NCBI RefSeq assembly: GCF_022539665.2
Contig: NC_081331.1
Location: 372,001-436,000 of the forward strand
DNA from: Daphnia carinata
Lineage: Eukaryota
Direction of reading: 5' to 3'
Length of the DNA: 64,000 bases
This document shows, one piece after another, positions 37,501-50,500 of the stretch. The notes beneath the pieces are model-generated. The model was not told the DNA's origin and made no database searches. It saw nothing but the letters and a program-made list of their open reading frames with translations. Each line of letters begins with the position of its first letter. Positions within the stretch are counted from its first letter, which is position 1. The translations under genes were made by a program, and so were the position numbers.

Positions 37501-40500
37501 TAAAAACTACGTGTACAGTGTATGTTGTTTAATTAAAAAAAAAAACAAAAAAAACTATCGACCCAATGAGCGATAAAAAAAAAAAGCAGCCCCAAGAGTT
37601 TGTAGTTGAATTATGCAAACGACACGCTTTCTTGGCAGTGGATTACACACCGAAAAGGAGAGAGAGAAAATCGTCCCCTGCTTCACCAATGATGCTGGGC
37701 ACGCGTATAAGGGGCCAACTTAAAAGACGGGGGTTAAGGAAAAAAAAAAGAATCCAATTGATTCACGACAGCCGGTTTGGCACTGTCAACTTGTCTGCAT
37801 TTTTTTTTTTTCAGAATTTCATTTTTTCCAAACTTTCTTTTTAAAATAAAGTCCCTCGTTTTCTTTCAACTTGTTAAGGGCGTGGTCGAGCGTCCCCTCC
37901 CTTGTTCAAAGGCTGGCGATCCGACGCTTCCTTTTGATATTTAAATGAGACACGACGCAGATGCTTTCCAGTCGGCCGGCAAAAACAGAACGACACGACA
38001 AAAAAAAAAAAAATGGAGGGGGAGAGGAATGTTTTCGGTCCATTTGGGACCGAGTGAGAACAGAGAATTTCTTGCTGTCGACGATCTACTTTCCCTAGTC
38101 TGTCTATATATTCCATGCATACGCAAAAGCAGAATGTCCCCATCAAGCAATTCTTTTTCTCCTCTTCTAAAAGCCGCCGACGTATTCAATGAACATTGGC
38201 CTGGAACGGTTCCAGAAACAATCGTGTGACGAGTAGACAACGACGACACAAAAAAAACAAAAAAAACAAGGCGATAATGATATGCCCCTCATCAAATGTG
38301 ACAATAGCAAAATAGAATATTTTGAAAAAAAAAAAACGTACTCGTAGGGAATCCAACGCCGTTCTTTTGCCAGTCGATCGTTGCCGGTGGGTTGGCTCGC
38401 ACGACGCAACGGACCTTGTAAGGTTGTCCAAAGATGGCCGACTGTTCCGTTGGCGCATCCTCCCATGTGATGCCGACTGATTTAATTCCCCCACAAAAAA
38501 AAAAAAAATGAATGAATGAATCATCAAAAGGGATAAAACAATTGATTATGTACCGATGGTAGTGAGGTTAACGTGAGCCTCGAGGCGCTGGCTGCTCGTG
38601 TAGACAGCAGAGCAGGTATACTTGCCGCTATCGGCTTCTTGAAGTCCTTTGATGAACAGGATGCGACCGACATCGCTGACCAGCTCCTCAGACGAGATCC
38701 TATAAAAACAAAAGCGACAAACATGTTATTGAGATTTTTTTTTTTTCTTGGCTCACGTTTGTCCCTCAAAAAAGGGGGCTAACTACGTTATGGCGTAACA
38801 TATAAAAATAAATAAATCAGCCCAGCTGGCGTGCACACGCTGCAGCAGCCAAATGATATCAGGCACACAGACATACGCTATGGGAAAAATATGAAAACAA
38901 AAAACACAATCAATCATCATGTGATCGATAAATTACACACACACACACACACATGCTGTATTCAGGTGGCGCAATCAGAAAGAGGCGAAAGGTTGAACGT
39001 TTCATTCAAATCATAAAGGAAAACAAAAAGAGGCCAATGACGTCATCCGTCTATGCAAAATCTATACACTTTGCACTTGTCCCATTATTGATAAGGGTAG
39101 TAACATTTGATGGCTTTCGGCATTCAAACGAGATCGCCTTCACATCCAATAAATCAGCAGCTAGTCGAAAGCTTTTAACCAATTCAAAATAAGGAGGAAA
39201 AAATGGACGGACACGGCACATAAACTAGCGAAAAATAAGAGAGCCATTCAAAAGTCACACGACGACCTAAAAAAAAAACGTGTTCTCTTTACCTGGAATT
39301 ATCAGCTTCACCGCTGCAAAGAAACAATCACGTTGTTTCAATTTTGATTAAAAAAAAAAAAATGTTACAATGAACTGACTGAACGAGAATCCCTTGATCA
39401 AGGCATCCAGCAGTGAAAGGCGTTTAAACCGTTAGAAGTTCGTAGAAATGAATTCAATCATACGCTTAAAAAAAAAAATATGTTAATGTAAAACAATGCC
39501 TCCTGTGGTTAACCTCATTAACTGACAATGCCCTAGATGCAAGAACCCCCAACTCAAATTCAGTTGTACCGAGTGTGGATTTGGGGCCATTGTCTTTTGT
39601 TTTTGTTTTAAACAGAAAACCATTAGCTGTCAACAGCTGCAGTAACGACCTCCCCCCCCTTCCTCCAAAAATGTTTGGCGGTTTCAAAAGAAAAAAAAAA
39701 AAAATAATACAATTTTTTGTGTTTTACCTGTCTCCATTGGGCAGATCGCGGCCATCGGGTCCGAGCCAGCGCAAGTCGCTAATCAGGTCGGGATCGGGCA
39801 CTTCACCTTTACAGGTGAGGACGATGTTGGCGCCAACGGGTCGGATCAAATTACCGCCGTCGGGCAGAATCACTAAACGCGCCTCTTGAGCTCCAGCCAC
39901 TGCCATGTCAAGTGAAAATGGAACATTAGATTAATCAAATAAATATGTTTCAATTGATTGAAAACGATGAATTTTCAACCTTTCAATTTGATTTCCATTC
40001 ATTTCATTCACGTACTACTAGTACTGCTACTACAATTGGCTACATCCTTTTTCCCATTCATTTATTGAACGATAAAAATAGAAAAAAATCAAACGGATGT
40101 ACATTTTGATGTTTTTCACACATTATCAAATATTGGTGCGACCACTTCATCTTTTTCCATTTGCCAGTGACACGCATGAAAGAGGATCATCTACAATTCA
40201 CATCCATTATCATTTAGATTGAAATCGGCTTTCCCCTTTTTTTTTCTTTTGACCCATTTTCTTTGATTTCCTATTCAATATCTACCGTGTGTGTAACAGA
40301 GCGAAAGCGATAGACGAAGAGTATTCAGACGTGATAATCGATGAGCCATTTTTCGTTGGGGGAGGGCATTGTGTTGACGACGTCATCGGCGCCTCTTCTT
40401 CGTGCCGTATCTTTATATTGACGCCCTTACTTATTTTTTAGCGAATCATTTTCAAAGAGAACACACGTTTTTCTATTTTAAACAGATTTGAGTCGCTAAA

Positions 40501-43500
40501 AAAAAAAAAAAGGACGATTCATCTGTCAAAAACAGGCCCAACTCCTCCCTTACCCTCGTGATTTTCAGTTGCGTGCTGGTGAGTCATGCGATTAGACGCA
40601 CTCGAAACAAAAAAAAAAAGCCAATTCTTTTTTTTTTTCAACGAGCCTAGGATTTTACATGTCACTCGTCCATCAAGATAAACTTACACGTGTTCTTGCT
40701 GCATATTCCATCGTAATACGTTTTTCCACAATTCGCCCTTAAAATAAGACATTGTTTTTGGGGAGCTTTTTGGTTTGTGTTTTCTTTCCATTTTGTTTCC
40801 AACAGCGTCGCGGGGAGAGGTGGTTCACGTTGAGCCCGTTTCAAACAACTCGGAAAAAAAAAAAAAAAGAATGTGGGAAATGAACGTAAGAAAACGCGTT
40901 AACCCAAAAATAGCGCCGCAAACTCTCATGGCCCCCGTGATCCTCATCATCGTCGCTGTTGTTGTTGTTGTTGTTGTAGGAAAAAATACTATTTCAACAA
41001 AGGGAAATTGGTTCAAGAATGTTAGAAAACTTCATTTTCTTTTTTCTCATTTCACAAAACAAAAAACAAAAAAATGTGCGGGAATATTTAAAACGACTTA
41101 ATACTTGAAGTAAAGAAAAATCAAAACTCTTCTCCCTAACCCCCCCCCCCCCCCACCATTTTTTTTTTCTTGTTTCCCAGGCTGCGCTATATCCCGCCGA
41201 GAAGCGAAAGGGTGTGACTCCATCCGCATCGGATCTAGCGGATCCGACGGCGGAATTCGTCCAACCGCGGGTATAGATGAGAAAGAAAAGTAGTTGGTGG
41301 GAGTAAGGCGCATATATATATATACACACGGCACTCCCCGTCGAGTATTGATCCGTTCACATTGTGCGTGGCAATGCGATGACGAAGGCAACTATACAAA
41401 AAAAAAAAAAAAAAAAAAAGATGGTGGTAGTGGCTACAACTGTGTTCCATACAAATATCATCGGATGCCATACGTTGGCAGGAGGGGAAACTTCACTCGC
41501 CGTGAATCCGGTTTTGTTTTTTTTTCTATAGGGGTCCCCCCCCCCCCATCAAATGCGGATGCTATGGGATTTTTTTTTTTTTTTCTTCTTCTTCTTCCGG
41601 CATAATCCGCTGATGCCACGCGTCGATTTTCGACATTTATTGTATACGTGCTTCGTTGACAACAACAACAACATGAGAAAGGAACAACAACCGGACATGA
41701 ATGACCCCTTTTGAGTCGGGGCAGAGATTGATTTCTAACCCACTCGGACTTTCACCGCAGTCCGTTCACCGCTGGAAACCACTTTTCCAATTCCTTTCAC
41801 CCCTCTCTTGGCCCCCCCAAAAACAACCCTCTCTTTGAAGTTGCCACTTTGAATACAACCCGCTGTCATGATTTCTCACCATTCACGATCGAAAAATGGA
41901 TACTCCCGAACTATACACGTATATCGTCTATTTAATTCTAGCCAATTTCGTTCAACGTGTTCCTTGCAGCACGTATGACGTCAGAGCCCTTGTTCCTACT
42001 TTCTCTTTATCACACCATTTGTTCTGCAGTTTTTTTTTTCTTTTATTTTACACACACGTTTTTTTTTTTATAGATAAGATGGGAGAGAGGGGCGACGGTG
42101 CAAAGCTTCTCTAAAAAAAAAACAAAAAACAAAAAAGTACCGGCTTCGTGTCTCACATGTCCGGGAAAAGAAGCTTCTTGTTTCACAGTTGGACGAATCG
42201 CAACACCCGTACATAAATCCCGTGCGCAATGGCCAGCTGCTGTGTAGCCCCTCGGAGCTGATAGATGTCGCCTCCGCATTGCACGACAGGCCATTTTTGG
42301 AGCAAAGCAATTCATCAAGCGAAATGACGTTCCCAAAAAAAAAAAAATCGGGCAACAATAAAACAGTTCTCGATAGTTTGTAGAAAAACCATTGGAGTGT
42401 TTGTGTCCTCGTTGTATTTTTTGGAGAAGGGGGGGACAGTTTGACCGACAGTGACGAACGACAGGAGAAAGAGAAAGTTGTCGAAGCTGGACGACGGGCT
42501 TTTGCCCAAAAAAGATGTTTTCGCCTACGACCATATCGATGAAAGCCACGTAACTTCATTTCTTTTCTTTTTTTTCCTTTCAGAAATTGATGGATCATCG
42601 CGTGACACCCCAACGACCTTGTTTCACTCTGAAAAGATTGTTATCCTGATTGTCTCGTAGAGGTTAACAGAATGAAGAGGGGGGAGCACACAAGAAAAAG
42701 AAGCTCGTTAGCTTCCATTATGCGATATGATTGCTGTTATTTCTGGCCCCGACCGTCTGTTGTCTTTTCACATTCAAGTGCTTAACAGTTGCGTTAACGA
42801 CTTGCGAGAATGACGTCATCGGCTAATGGATATCAGCGCACAGATCATCTGCTAATGTCAATCTCCTTCCCACAAACTCGCCACCATTATCAAGATGTCC
42901 AACACACGAATGGAAGACATTTTTTAAGGGATTCAATTTATAAAAAAAAAAACGGCTTTGCCCCTCCGCCCATTGTGCATCATCACGCGTTAAATAAGAT
43001 GCGCATCTTCACGTCTTTTTTTTTTCCGAGGGTCAAAAGACGAATTCTCTTTTTTTTTTTTTAAGGTCTCGACCACAAAAACAAGAGAAAAACCTTTCTC
43101 GCATCCAGATGAAAAATGACGGGCTCTGCCAACCGACTAGCCCCTCGATTTTTGTTGTAAAAAGGACGTGGCGTTGAATTGACCAGACGTGAAAAAAAAA
43201 AAAAAAAAGACAAAAATCCGACAGATCCCGACAGTTGGGTCTTTATTTTCTGTTTGAAAAATAAAAATTGAACATCCCCCTTCTATTTCTACGATTTTCA
43301 GGGTGTAGGGACGTGGGCGGAGCCAACCCACAATTGGATTTGAGAGCCGGAAACTGGCTTGGCGGGAAGGACGTGAGCAGCAAAATAAAGAAAAAGAAAA
43401 AAATAGAAAAGATGTAACAAGACGATGGTAGTGAACGAGTCACGCAAGAAAGAGACGCCAAAGCCAAAACGAAATTGATGGAAAACGGATCGATCAGAGA

Positions 43501-46500
43501 TTGGCCTCGCGTGCGAAAGATGCGGCAAACAATAAAACAAAAAAAAAAGAGAGAGAGAAGCTTCATCTTTTCAGTTTGCCTTTCCATTTTATTACATTCA
43601 CTTTGTAGACGTTATCGATCTCGGATAAGGTGCCGTTCGCAACATCGTCAAAGACAATTTTTTTTTTTTTTTTTTTTTTTTTGCCTATTGGCATTTAGAC
43701 ACGTCCATTTTTGTTTGACTCTGCAACTGCAACTGCAAAAAAAAAAATCAGGTTCACTTTCATTCGCTTTAGCATTTTCGCCTATCGATCCGATTCGTCA
43801 GAGCGTGTGGCCAGCCGTGCCCCAATGGCAGGGCTCGAATAGTTCCAGCGTATCGATCCACACACAGTGCGTTCGTACATTTATAGAAAGAATAAAACAA
43901 AAAAACACACGCGGACAAGACAAAGCTCCTCCCCCCTTTTGTTTCCACGCCATTCATTTAGTGCCCGTCTATGTGAGCAGCGTTGGCAAAAAAAAAAGGA
44001 AATCATTTCTCTCAGCTGTTCAGATGTTCTTGGTGTCGGTAACTGGTCGTGCGCGATAAGCAAAATGCTAATGAGGCTGCTGTTCAGCCTTTCCCAGCCG
44101 CACACGCACATATGAAATAATTTATTTTAAACAAATTCAGAGGGAGGTGGACTGTGATATAGGCAGGAATAATGGCCATCGCCAAAATCACGCTGAGAAA
44201 GGAATAAATAAAAAAAAAAAAAAAAAAAAGTTGAATGATGTGATACAAGTCATTGGCCCCTTTTTTCTTGCTAAGGTATCGTGCCAAAAAAATAAATTTT
44301 TACCTTCACTTTTGGACGATTGAAAATGATGTCATTCACTCGACTTTTTTTTTTTGTGTGTAACCGCTTTTTCTTTTTTTTTTCGATTATGGAATCTACG
44401 AATTCAGGTCGGTGTCCCGGTGGCTGGACAAACCGGCCAACACAAAAGAGTACGACAACAAACACAAAAGGGCCTTTCATGTTCCAAAAAAAATGGGGTT
44501 TTGAATACATAGAAAGAAGAAATACTATTCTTTTTTTTTTTCTCGTTTCTTAAACACAAAGATCGACGCATTGGTTTTTTTTTTTTTTTTTTTTTGTACC
44601 TGTGCCAGCGCAATACGAATTGCCCCCGCAGGGGAGATAAAAAAAAAAGAGAGATAAATTTTGAAAAGGAAATGACGATGATTAGACCCTAATCGGCTGC
44701 GAGTTATAAGCCCAACATTTTTTCTCGGATCAAGAAAAAAATGAATTCCTCAAGCGTTTTTGATGGATCTCTTATAAACGTCGAAAGGTGTAGGTAAAAA
44801 AAAAAATACAATTATGCGTTCCAGAATTTTAGAAAAGGTGCGCAAGATGCTAAGCAAAAAGAATATTGACAGAGTTATAATCTTCTCTTTGCTCGTTGGA
44901 TAAGAGAGCAAAAAAATGTTGTTTATCTCTGCCTCCAGGTGTGTTGACTGAAACTCAACTAGCCAGAAAATTATAGTCCCCCTCTATTCTTATTTATTTT
45001 CACACTTTAGTCAAACAGAAAATAAGAAAGAAAAAAAGCGATAGGTGGTTATGTATGTGGCCCATTATTGACACATACAAGAGAGGGAGAAAACTAGGTC
45101 GGATAGCACACACACAACTTCAGTGGATAACACTCCCCTATTTCTTTATAAACACACATCCCCCCCCCCCTCTATTTAGAAAAGGAACTCTATAAGGATG
45201 TCGGAGAATCTCCTCTTTTTTTAGTGGTGCAATTGAGGGGTTGTTTTCGTTGTATCTGCAGCTGCCAAGTGGCTGATCGTCCAACTGGTTTCACTCTAAT
45301 TTGAATATGCTAATGTTGAATAAGTAGAGTATTCATCCGTCTCAATGCCCTTCTCTCTCGACTTACCACCACTTTGTCCCCCCCCCCCCTTTTTTCTTTT
45401 ATTTAAAAAAAAAAATAAACTTGTAGGGGTTAGCTATTCAACTTGAAAAAAATGAAGGGATCCTTTTAGGTGTTGTTATTTATTTATTACGGGATGGCTC
45501 TCGTCATCCGTAAAAATAGACGCAACACCTGCTCGTGTTTCACCACAACCTTCTTCACTTGTCTAAACAGTCGATGGGAGGGCCGATTTTCTTTAAGTAC
45601 AACCTCTTTCGTTTTCCTCCATTCACAAACTTATAAACAGAAACAATTTCGTTTTTTTTTTCTTTCGTGGTTTGGGAACATCATCAGGGAAAAAAAAAAA
45701 AGAGAGGCTCTCTCTCCGGGTATTTATAGACACTATAGACAGCTTTGCAGAGTGGCGACAAAGAACGATTTCAAGATGTCTCTCTCTCTTCTCAAAAAGC
45801 ATGTTTAGATGTGTGGCGCCACCACTTCCAAAATACCGATAAAAACCAAAGTCTGTATCACGACTTTGATATTTAGACACAACACAAGACCGTTAGAATC
45901 TCTCCTATTCTTTTTTTTTTTTTTTAAATTCAATTAGTTAAGCTTCTCATTGGAGGGGGGTCACAAGGTCGTTGGAAAAAAAATACCCGGTGAAAGAGAC
46001 CCTCAAAAACCCCAGGTGGAAGATTCGACCCTCAAAAAATAGGGGGGGGGGGGGAAGAAATGAACCGGCCCTTTTTTTTTCTCTTTCGTTCCATACGAAT
46101 CAATGCAGTAGCCCATGAAAAAAGAAAACTACCTCCCCTCCCTTACTCTTCGATACATCAAAAAATAAAAACACAATGGAAACGATACGAGGGGAACGAT
46201 GCGCCTAACACGCAGAGCGCCTGATATCTATAAATTTCTTCTATTACCTTTCTTTTTTAATAATAATAGAATTTCCCGTTCCCCTCGCTGGTAGATGTAA
46301 TCCAGTACAACTGGAACATGCTATACACATGTCTTTTTTCGACAAAAGAGAAATAAACCCCCCCCCCCTTCCTCTTTGCAAGATGCGAATAAACGGGGGG
46401 GGTCGGCATCGTCTACTTCATCAAAAGGGAGAGCTCCACCCCATGTTTTGCTCCCCTATAAATGCGATAACTCGTATTGATATCATTATGCTGATTGGAT

Positions 46501-47520
46501 ATCACGAAAAGGCAGAGAGAGAGAGAGCCATTTGACTGCCGACTGCCTTGCTTTTTACTACACGAATTTCCGTCTTAGTGTAACGCATTTCTTTGACGTA
46601 AAAAGAAATTGTTTTCCCCACTTTTTACATATTAACTCACGAAAGAAAGGCCGAGAGAGAGTCTGACTTTTTTAATAGGTTTTTCATGGCCGTCTGGGCC
46701 AATCATGATGAAACAACTCACCGCAAGCCAACACAAGAAAATGGTAATTGGCACACACAAGTTCCCAAGCCAATTAGAATGCATTAAAAGGGATTAAGAA
46801 CAAGAAAGAAAAAGAAAATCAGGTACAAAAGAATGCTGACACGTTTGCTGCACAACATTGGCAAATCAATTTGGAGGACGTCGCTCTCCCACCCACCTCC
46901 CCCTTTTTTTGATTCTGAAATCAGATGACGACTAGTTTGATGACATCAATTGATGATAAGAAAATCTTCCTAAAGCAATAATCTCGAAATTCAGGATGAA
47001 CTGGTTTACCTGTCTGTACCCAATTTTTCTTTCCCCTTGTTCCCACATTTTTTTTTTTTTTTTTTTACCGTTTGATTCTCTTTGTACACACCTTTCGTGC
47101 CCCGCAGCCATTTGGAACCGACCACAAGACGCCCTGAAACTCTTTTTTCGGTTCTCCCCCCCCCCCAACCAGTTTTCGAATTTCTCGATGAAGCTTAACA
47201 CCAGCTCCCAAAAATGAAATTGAATGTAAAAAAAATAAAATTGAATTTTTCGTTCCTACACCGGTAAAAAAAAAAAAAACGAATTTTCTCCAACAGACCG
47301 GAAGCGTCATTGACTTCATCCGGTTCATCAATAAAGAACTTTGAATGTCCCCCTCCAAAAAAAAAAAAAAAAAAACATTTCCTCAATCAAAATGTTTTTT
47401 TCTCACCAGAATGTGTGCGATACAATAAAAACGAGAAACAAAAAAGAAGTGAGACTTACATGAACACAGGTAGGCGATCAAGTAGACGGCGGCCATTAAC
47501 GATGACGAAATCGGCCGCAT
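28531..47520 (-). CDS. Fas2: Fasciclin 2 / NCAM-like cell adhesion molecule (5 Ig, 2 FN3, TM, PDZ-binding tail)
   Basis: Signal-peptide exon 47460-47520 (MRPISSSLMAAVYLIAYLCS). Ig exons at ~39730-39903, 38550-38700, 38340-38475, 37136-37402, 35896-36020, 35437-35715, 35090-35316, 34810-34953. FN3 exons ~34580-34727, 33720-33985, 33447-33632. TM exon 30538-30690 (IIGVIVAILVFIALIIDVSCYFVNK). Tail ends KDSPV*. Confidence 0.92.
32929..33080 (-). CDS. Fas2: Alternative terminal exon of Fas2 encoding a probable GPI-anchor signal
   Basis: Acceptor ATTATAG|AT is phase-compatible with the FN3 donor at 33446. Encodes DPSRSSGG..TTTSGSHPTSTPPTPHYTTAICSSLFLILSFFF*. Confidence 0.65.
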
Positions 47521-50500
47521 GGCGGTGGTCGCAAATTTCTTCTGTTCAGCTCCCATGACTTTCTCGTGGTGATGTATGTTTCTTCGAAAGCTTTCTTTTC
47601 TCTCGATGACGAGAACACCACTCACTACCAACGCACACGTGTATTTTCGTGTGCACGAGCAGTGTAGTAGAGCCGATAAAATTCCAACGCACTAGTCACC
47701 GTGAGAGACAAGCACACCTTCTTTTTTTTTTTCGTGTTTTCCCCAGGTATAATGACGCACCTGGACTCTCGCCGTGAGCAAACACAAACCCCAAGACGAA
47801 CAGAAAACAAAAAAGAACGATTTCGATTTTTTTTCAATCGTGATTGGCTCTCTCTCTCCCCCTTTTTACTTTGATTTAACGAAGGAGATTGAAATGTGGG
47901 TTGCGACGAGTTGTTGTGCGTTTCTCGTTTTCGTACCTTTTCCTTTTTGTTGTGATTTCACCGAATACACAGGGAACACGTTAAGAAAAAAAAGACACGA
48001 GAAGAGTCGAGACGACAAACCGTTCGCTCCGATCCCGCGCAACTACACTGAAATCAACGGACTAACCGACAAGTCGAATCGCTACCGCGAGGCTGACGAA
48101 CCCACACCTCGTGGCGCCTCTAGCGGAAAGCCGCCATTGCGACTGGGTGAAAAGTGAAAAACAGGGCGGCAAGGCTAGCTTTCCTTTTTTTTCCCCTGGC
48201 GGCCGTTTGATGCAACAGCCCAACTATTTCTTTTTTATTTTTCTGATGAATGTTCAATGACACATTCTTAATGTATAGATTTTCTATTCTTGCAAAATGC
48301 AGAAGTTGCCCCCACACAGCAGAACATGTAGTCGATTGCGATCAATAAACAAGGCCAAGAAAACGAACAAAATGGCGTCGCTTTCCATTTCAATACTAAT
48401 ATCCCATTGTTTCTTTGTGTGTTTGTTGCCTACATTACAAGTTTGAAAGATACATACATTTCCACGAGTGGAACAAACAAAAAAAGAACAAATTCTGTGA
48501 ATTAAAAAGAGAGAAACACACGGCAATGGGTGGCGGTGTTGTGGAGCCACACAGTATCGTCCATCAGCCACAGAACTAACCGTTATGGACGACGACAGAT
48601 GTTGTTATCAGTCGAGTGGGATCGACTGAAAAAAACCGGTTGGTTCAAAAAGAAACGAAGCCCAGAGACAGCAGAAAAGAGAGTTTATTCGTTTGACTTT
48701 TAGCTTCTGGGCCTTAGCCTGGTCTGGACAGGATTTGCATAACATTTGAAATTTTTTTTTTTTGTGTGGCAAACAACCATGTCAACCCCTCATCTGCTGC
48801 TCTTTTTGTGTTGTTGTTGTGGGCCCCCCCTCCGTTTAATGCTACAGGGTTCTTTTTTTTTAGTACGGTTATACGGCAGTTATTCCACATGACAAGCAGA
48901 TGATTAGGATTATATAGAATATGACGAGGCGTGTCTGTACGGAACGAGTCGTATATTATCATGAAACATCATTACCCTCTCCTTTCATTTTTGTTTTCAT
49001 TTTTCTCCACGTTACTGCCGCTGTCAATGGAATTAACTTGTCAGTTCGTAAATAATTTTTGACTCTAATCATGGACATAAAAAGAGGAGGAAATGATGAA
49101 AAAACAGAAGGCCCCCCCGATTATTGAGTCACCTAATGCAATTTTTCAACGAAATGTGAAAATAAAAAAATGCATCAGCTCCCTTGATCCCAATATGGTG
49201 ATTGTGTGGGAGTATGTGCAAGTTCGAATCCCGTAGTCACGCAACGTGTGTGTGTGGCGCTGCACTTTACGCTGTGGATGTCCGAGTAATCGACCGCACG
49301 ACCGCAGCAGATGAATCAGACCGCCCTCGTCGTCAGCAACTCTAAAATAAGACAGAAAAAACTAGTGGCAAGTGAAAATTTGTATTTTTCCTTTTGTTTT
49401 TTTATCAGTTGCTTACAACCATGGGAAGATTTCCGTGACGAATAATAATAATAAATATACGCGGTTGAGTGCTATTGTCGGTGTGAAGCCGGACAACCCT
49501 CAAAGAAAAACATGAATACAACAATAAGTCATATAAAATTTCAAAATAAATTAAACAAAAAAAAAAAAAAATCGATGACAAACATAACAATGTCCGGTTT
49601 ACTCCTTGCGCTCCTGGGAAACGACCGTTCACCTACCCGTGGCTAGGGGGGGTTCCCGCCGATGTATAGCGGTGGGGCTTCACCCCCTCTCTCCCACAAT
49701 TCCCTCAAACAAACTTTGGTGAAAACAAACAAAAAGTTTCACATTTTTAAGTTGTTTCGGTCACGCTGGTGACTCATTGCCCCTCTCTGTTTTTCGTGTT
49801 CACACAACTTGCACAACACCAAAACACGGCATCGCTCAAACGTGTCATCCTATACGTGAAAATCGAAAGCGAATCAACCAAAAAAGACCACCCGACTTTG
49901 AAAATACAAACTTTTTTGAAGACATTTTGTTCACGTGTCAAAATAGCTCAGCAGGTGCGTCGTGCACGTTGGCTGACATCATTTGTCCCCACGTAAATAC
50001 CGCCGTCTTTACAGTTCGTTTCTTAGCCTGACATTTCTTTTTTGAATTTATTTATCCGATTTAGAGATCGGGTCCCATCAAGTGAATTTCAACGGCATTC
50101 GTCAGATGTTTCCCAGTCAAAAGACGTGAACCGGTTGCAGCTTCGGGCAATAGGTAGATAGCCGTTTTTAGTATTGCTTCAAATGTTTCTACTTTTATTT
50201 CAATCTAAATTCTGATAAGGTTTCCTTCATTTTTATTCCCCTCCCCGGCTTGTAAAAGACCTTGCTAGGGGATACGCCCGATCAATCAATTTTCTACTTT
50301 GATACGAGGAAGGATAGTGAACGTTGTGTTCCGAAAAAAAAAACGGGAAAGAATATACTGGAGCATCATCCTATATAAAAATAAATAAAAGACATTGTGA
50401 ATTTGTGATTTGCTTCTGTTTGCAACACACACACACAAAAAAAGAGGGTCCATTTGCTATAGATCTGCGCGTGTGTTGGCTACCGCGTCCTTCTCATTCG

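Noticed and set aside
46722..46784. Hydrophobic mini-ORF ending at a GTGAGT donor, possible alternative Fas2 signal-peptide exon
   Set aside because: It ends in phase 0 while the next exon needs phase 1, and the phase-1 frame contains a stop.
40000..47400. Numerous short ORFs in the first Fas2 intron
   Set aside because: Low-complexity, no domain motifs and no consistent splice phases.
49198..49242. GTTCGAATCC B-box-like motif inside a hairpin, possible tRNA or SINE
   Set aside because: Too short, with no D-arm, anticodon arm or A-box at the right spacing.
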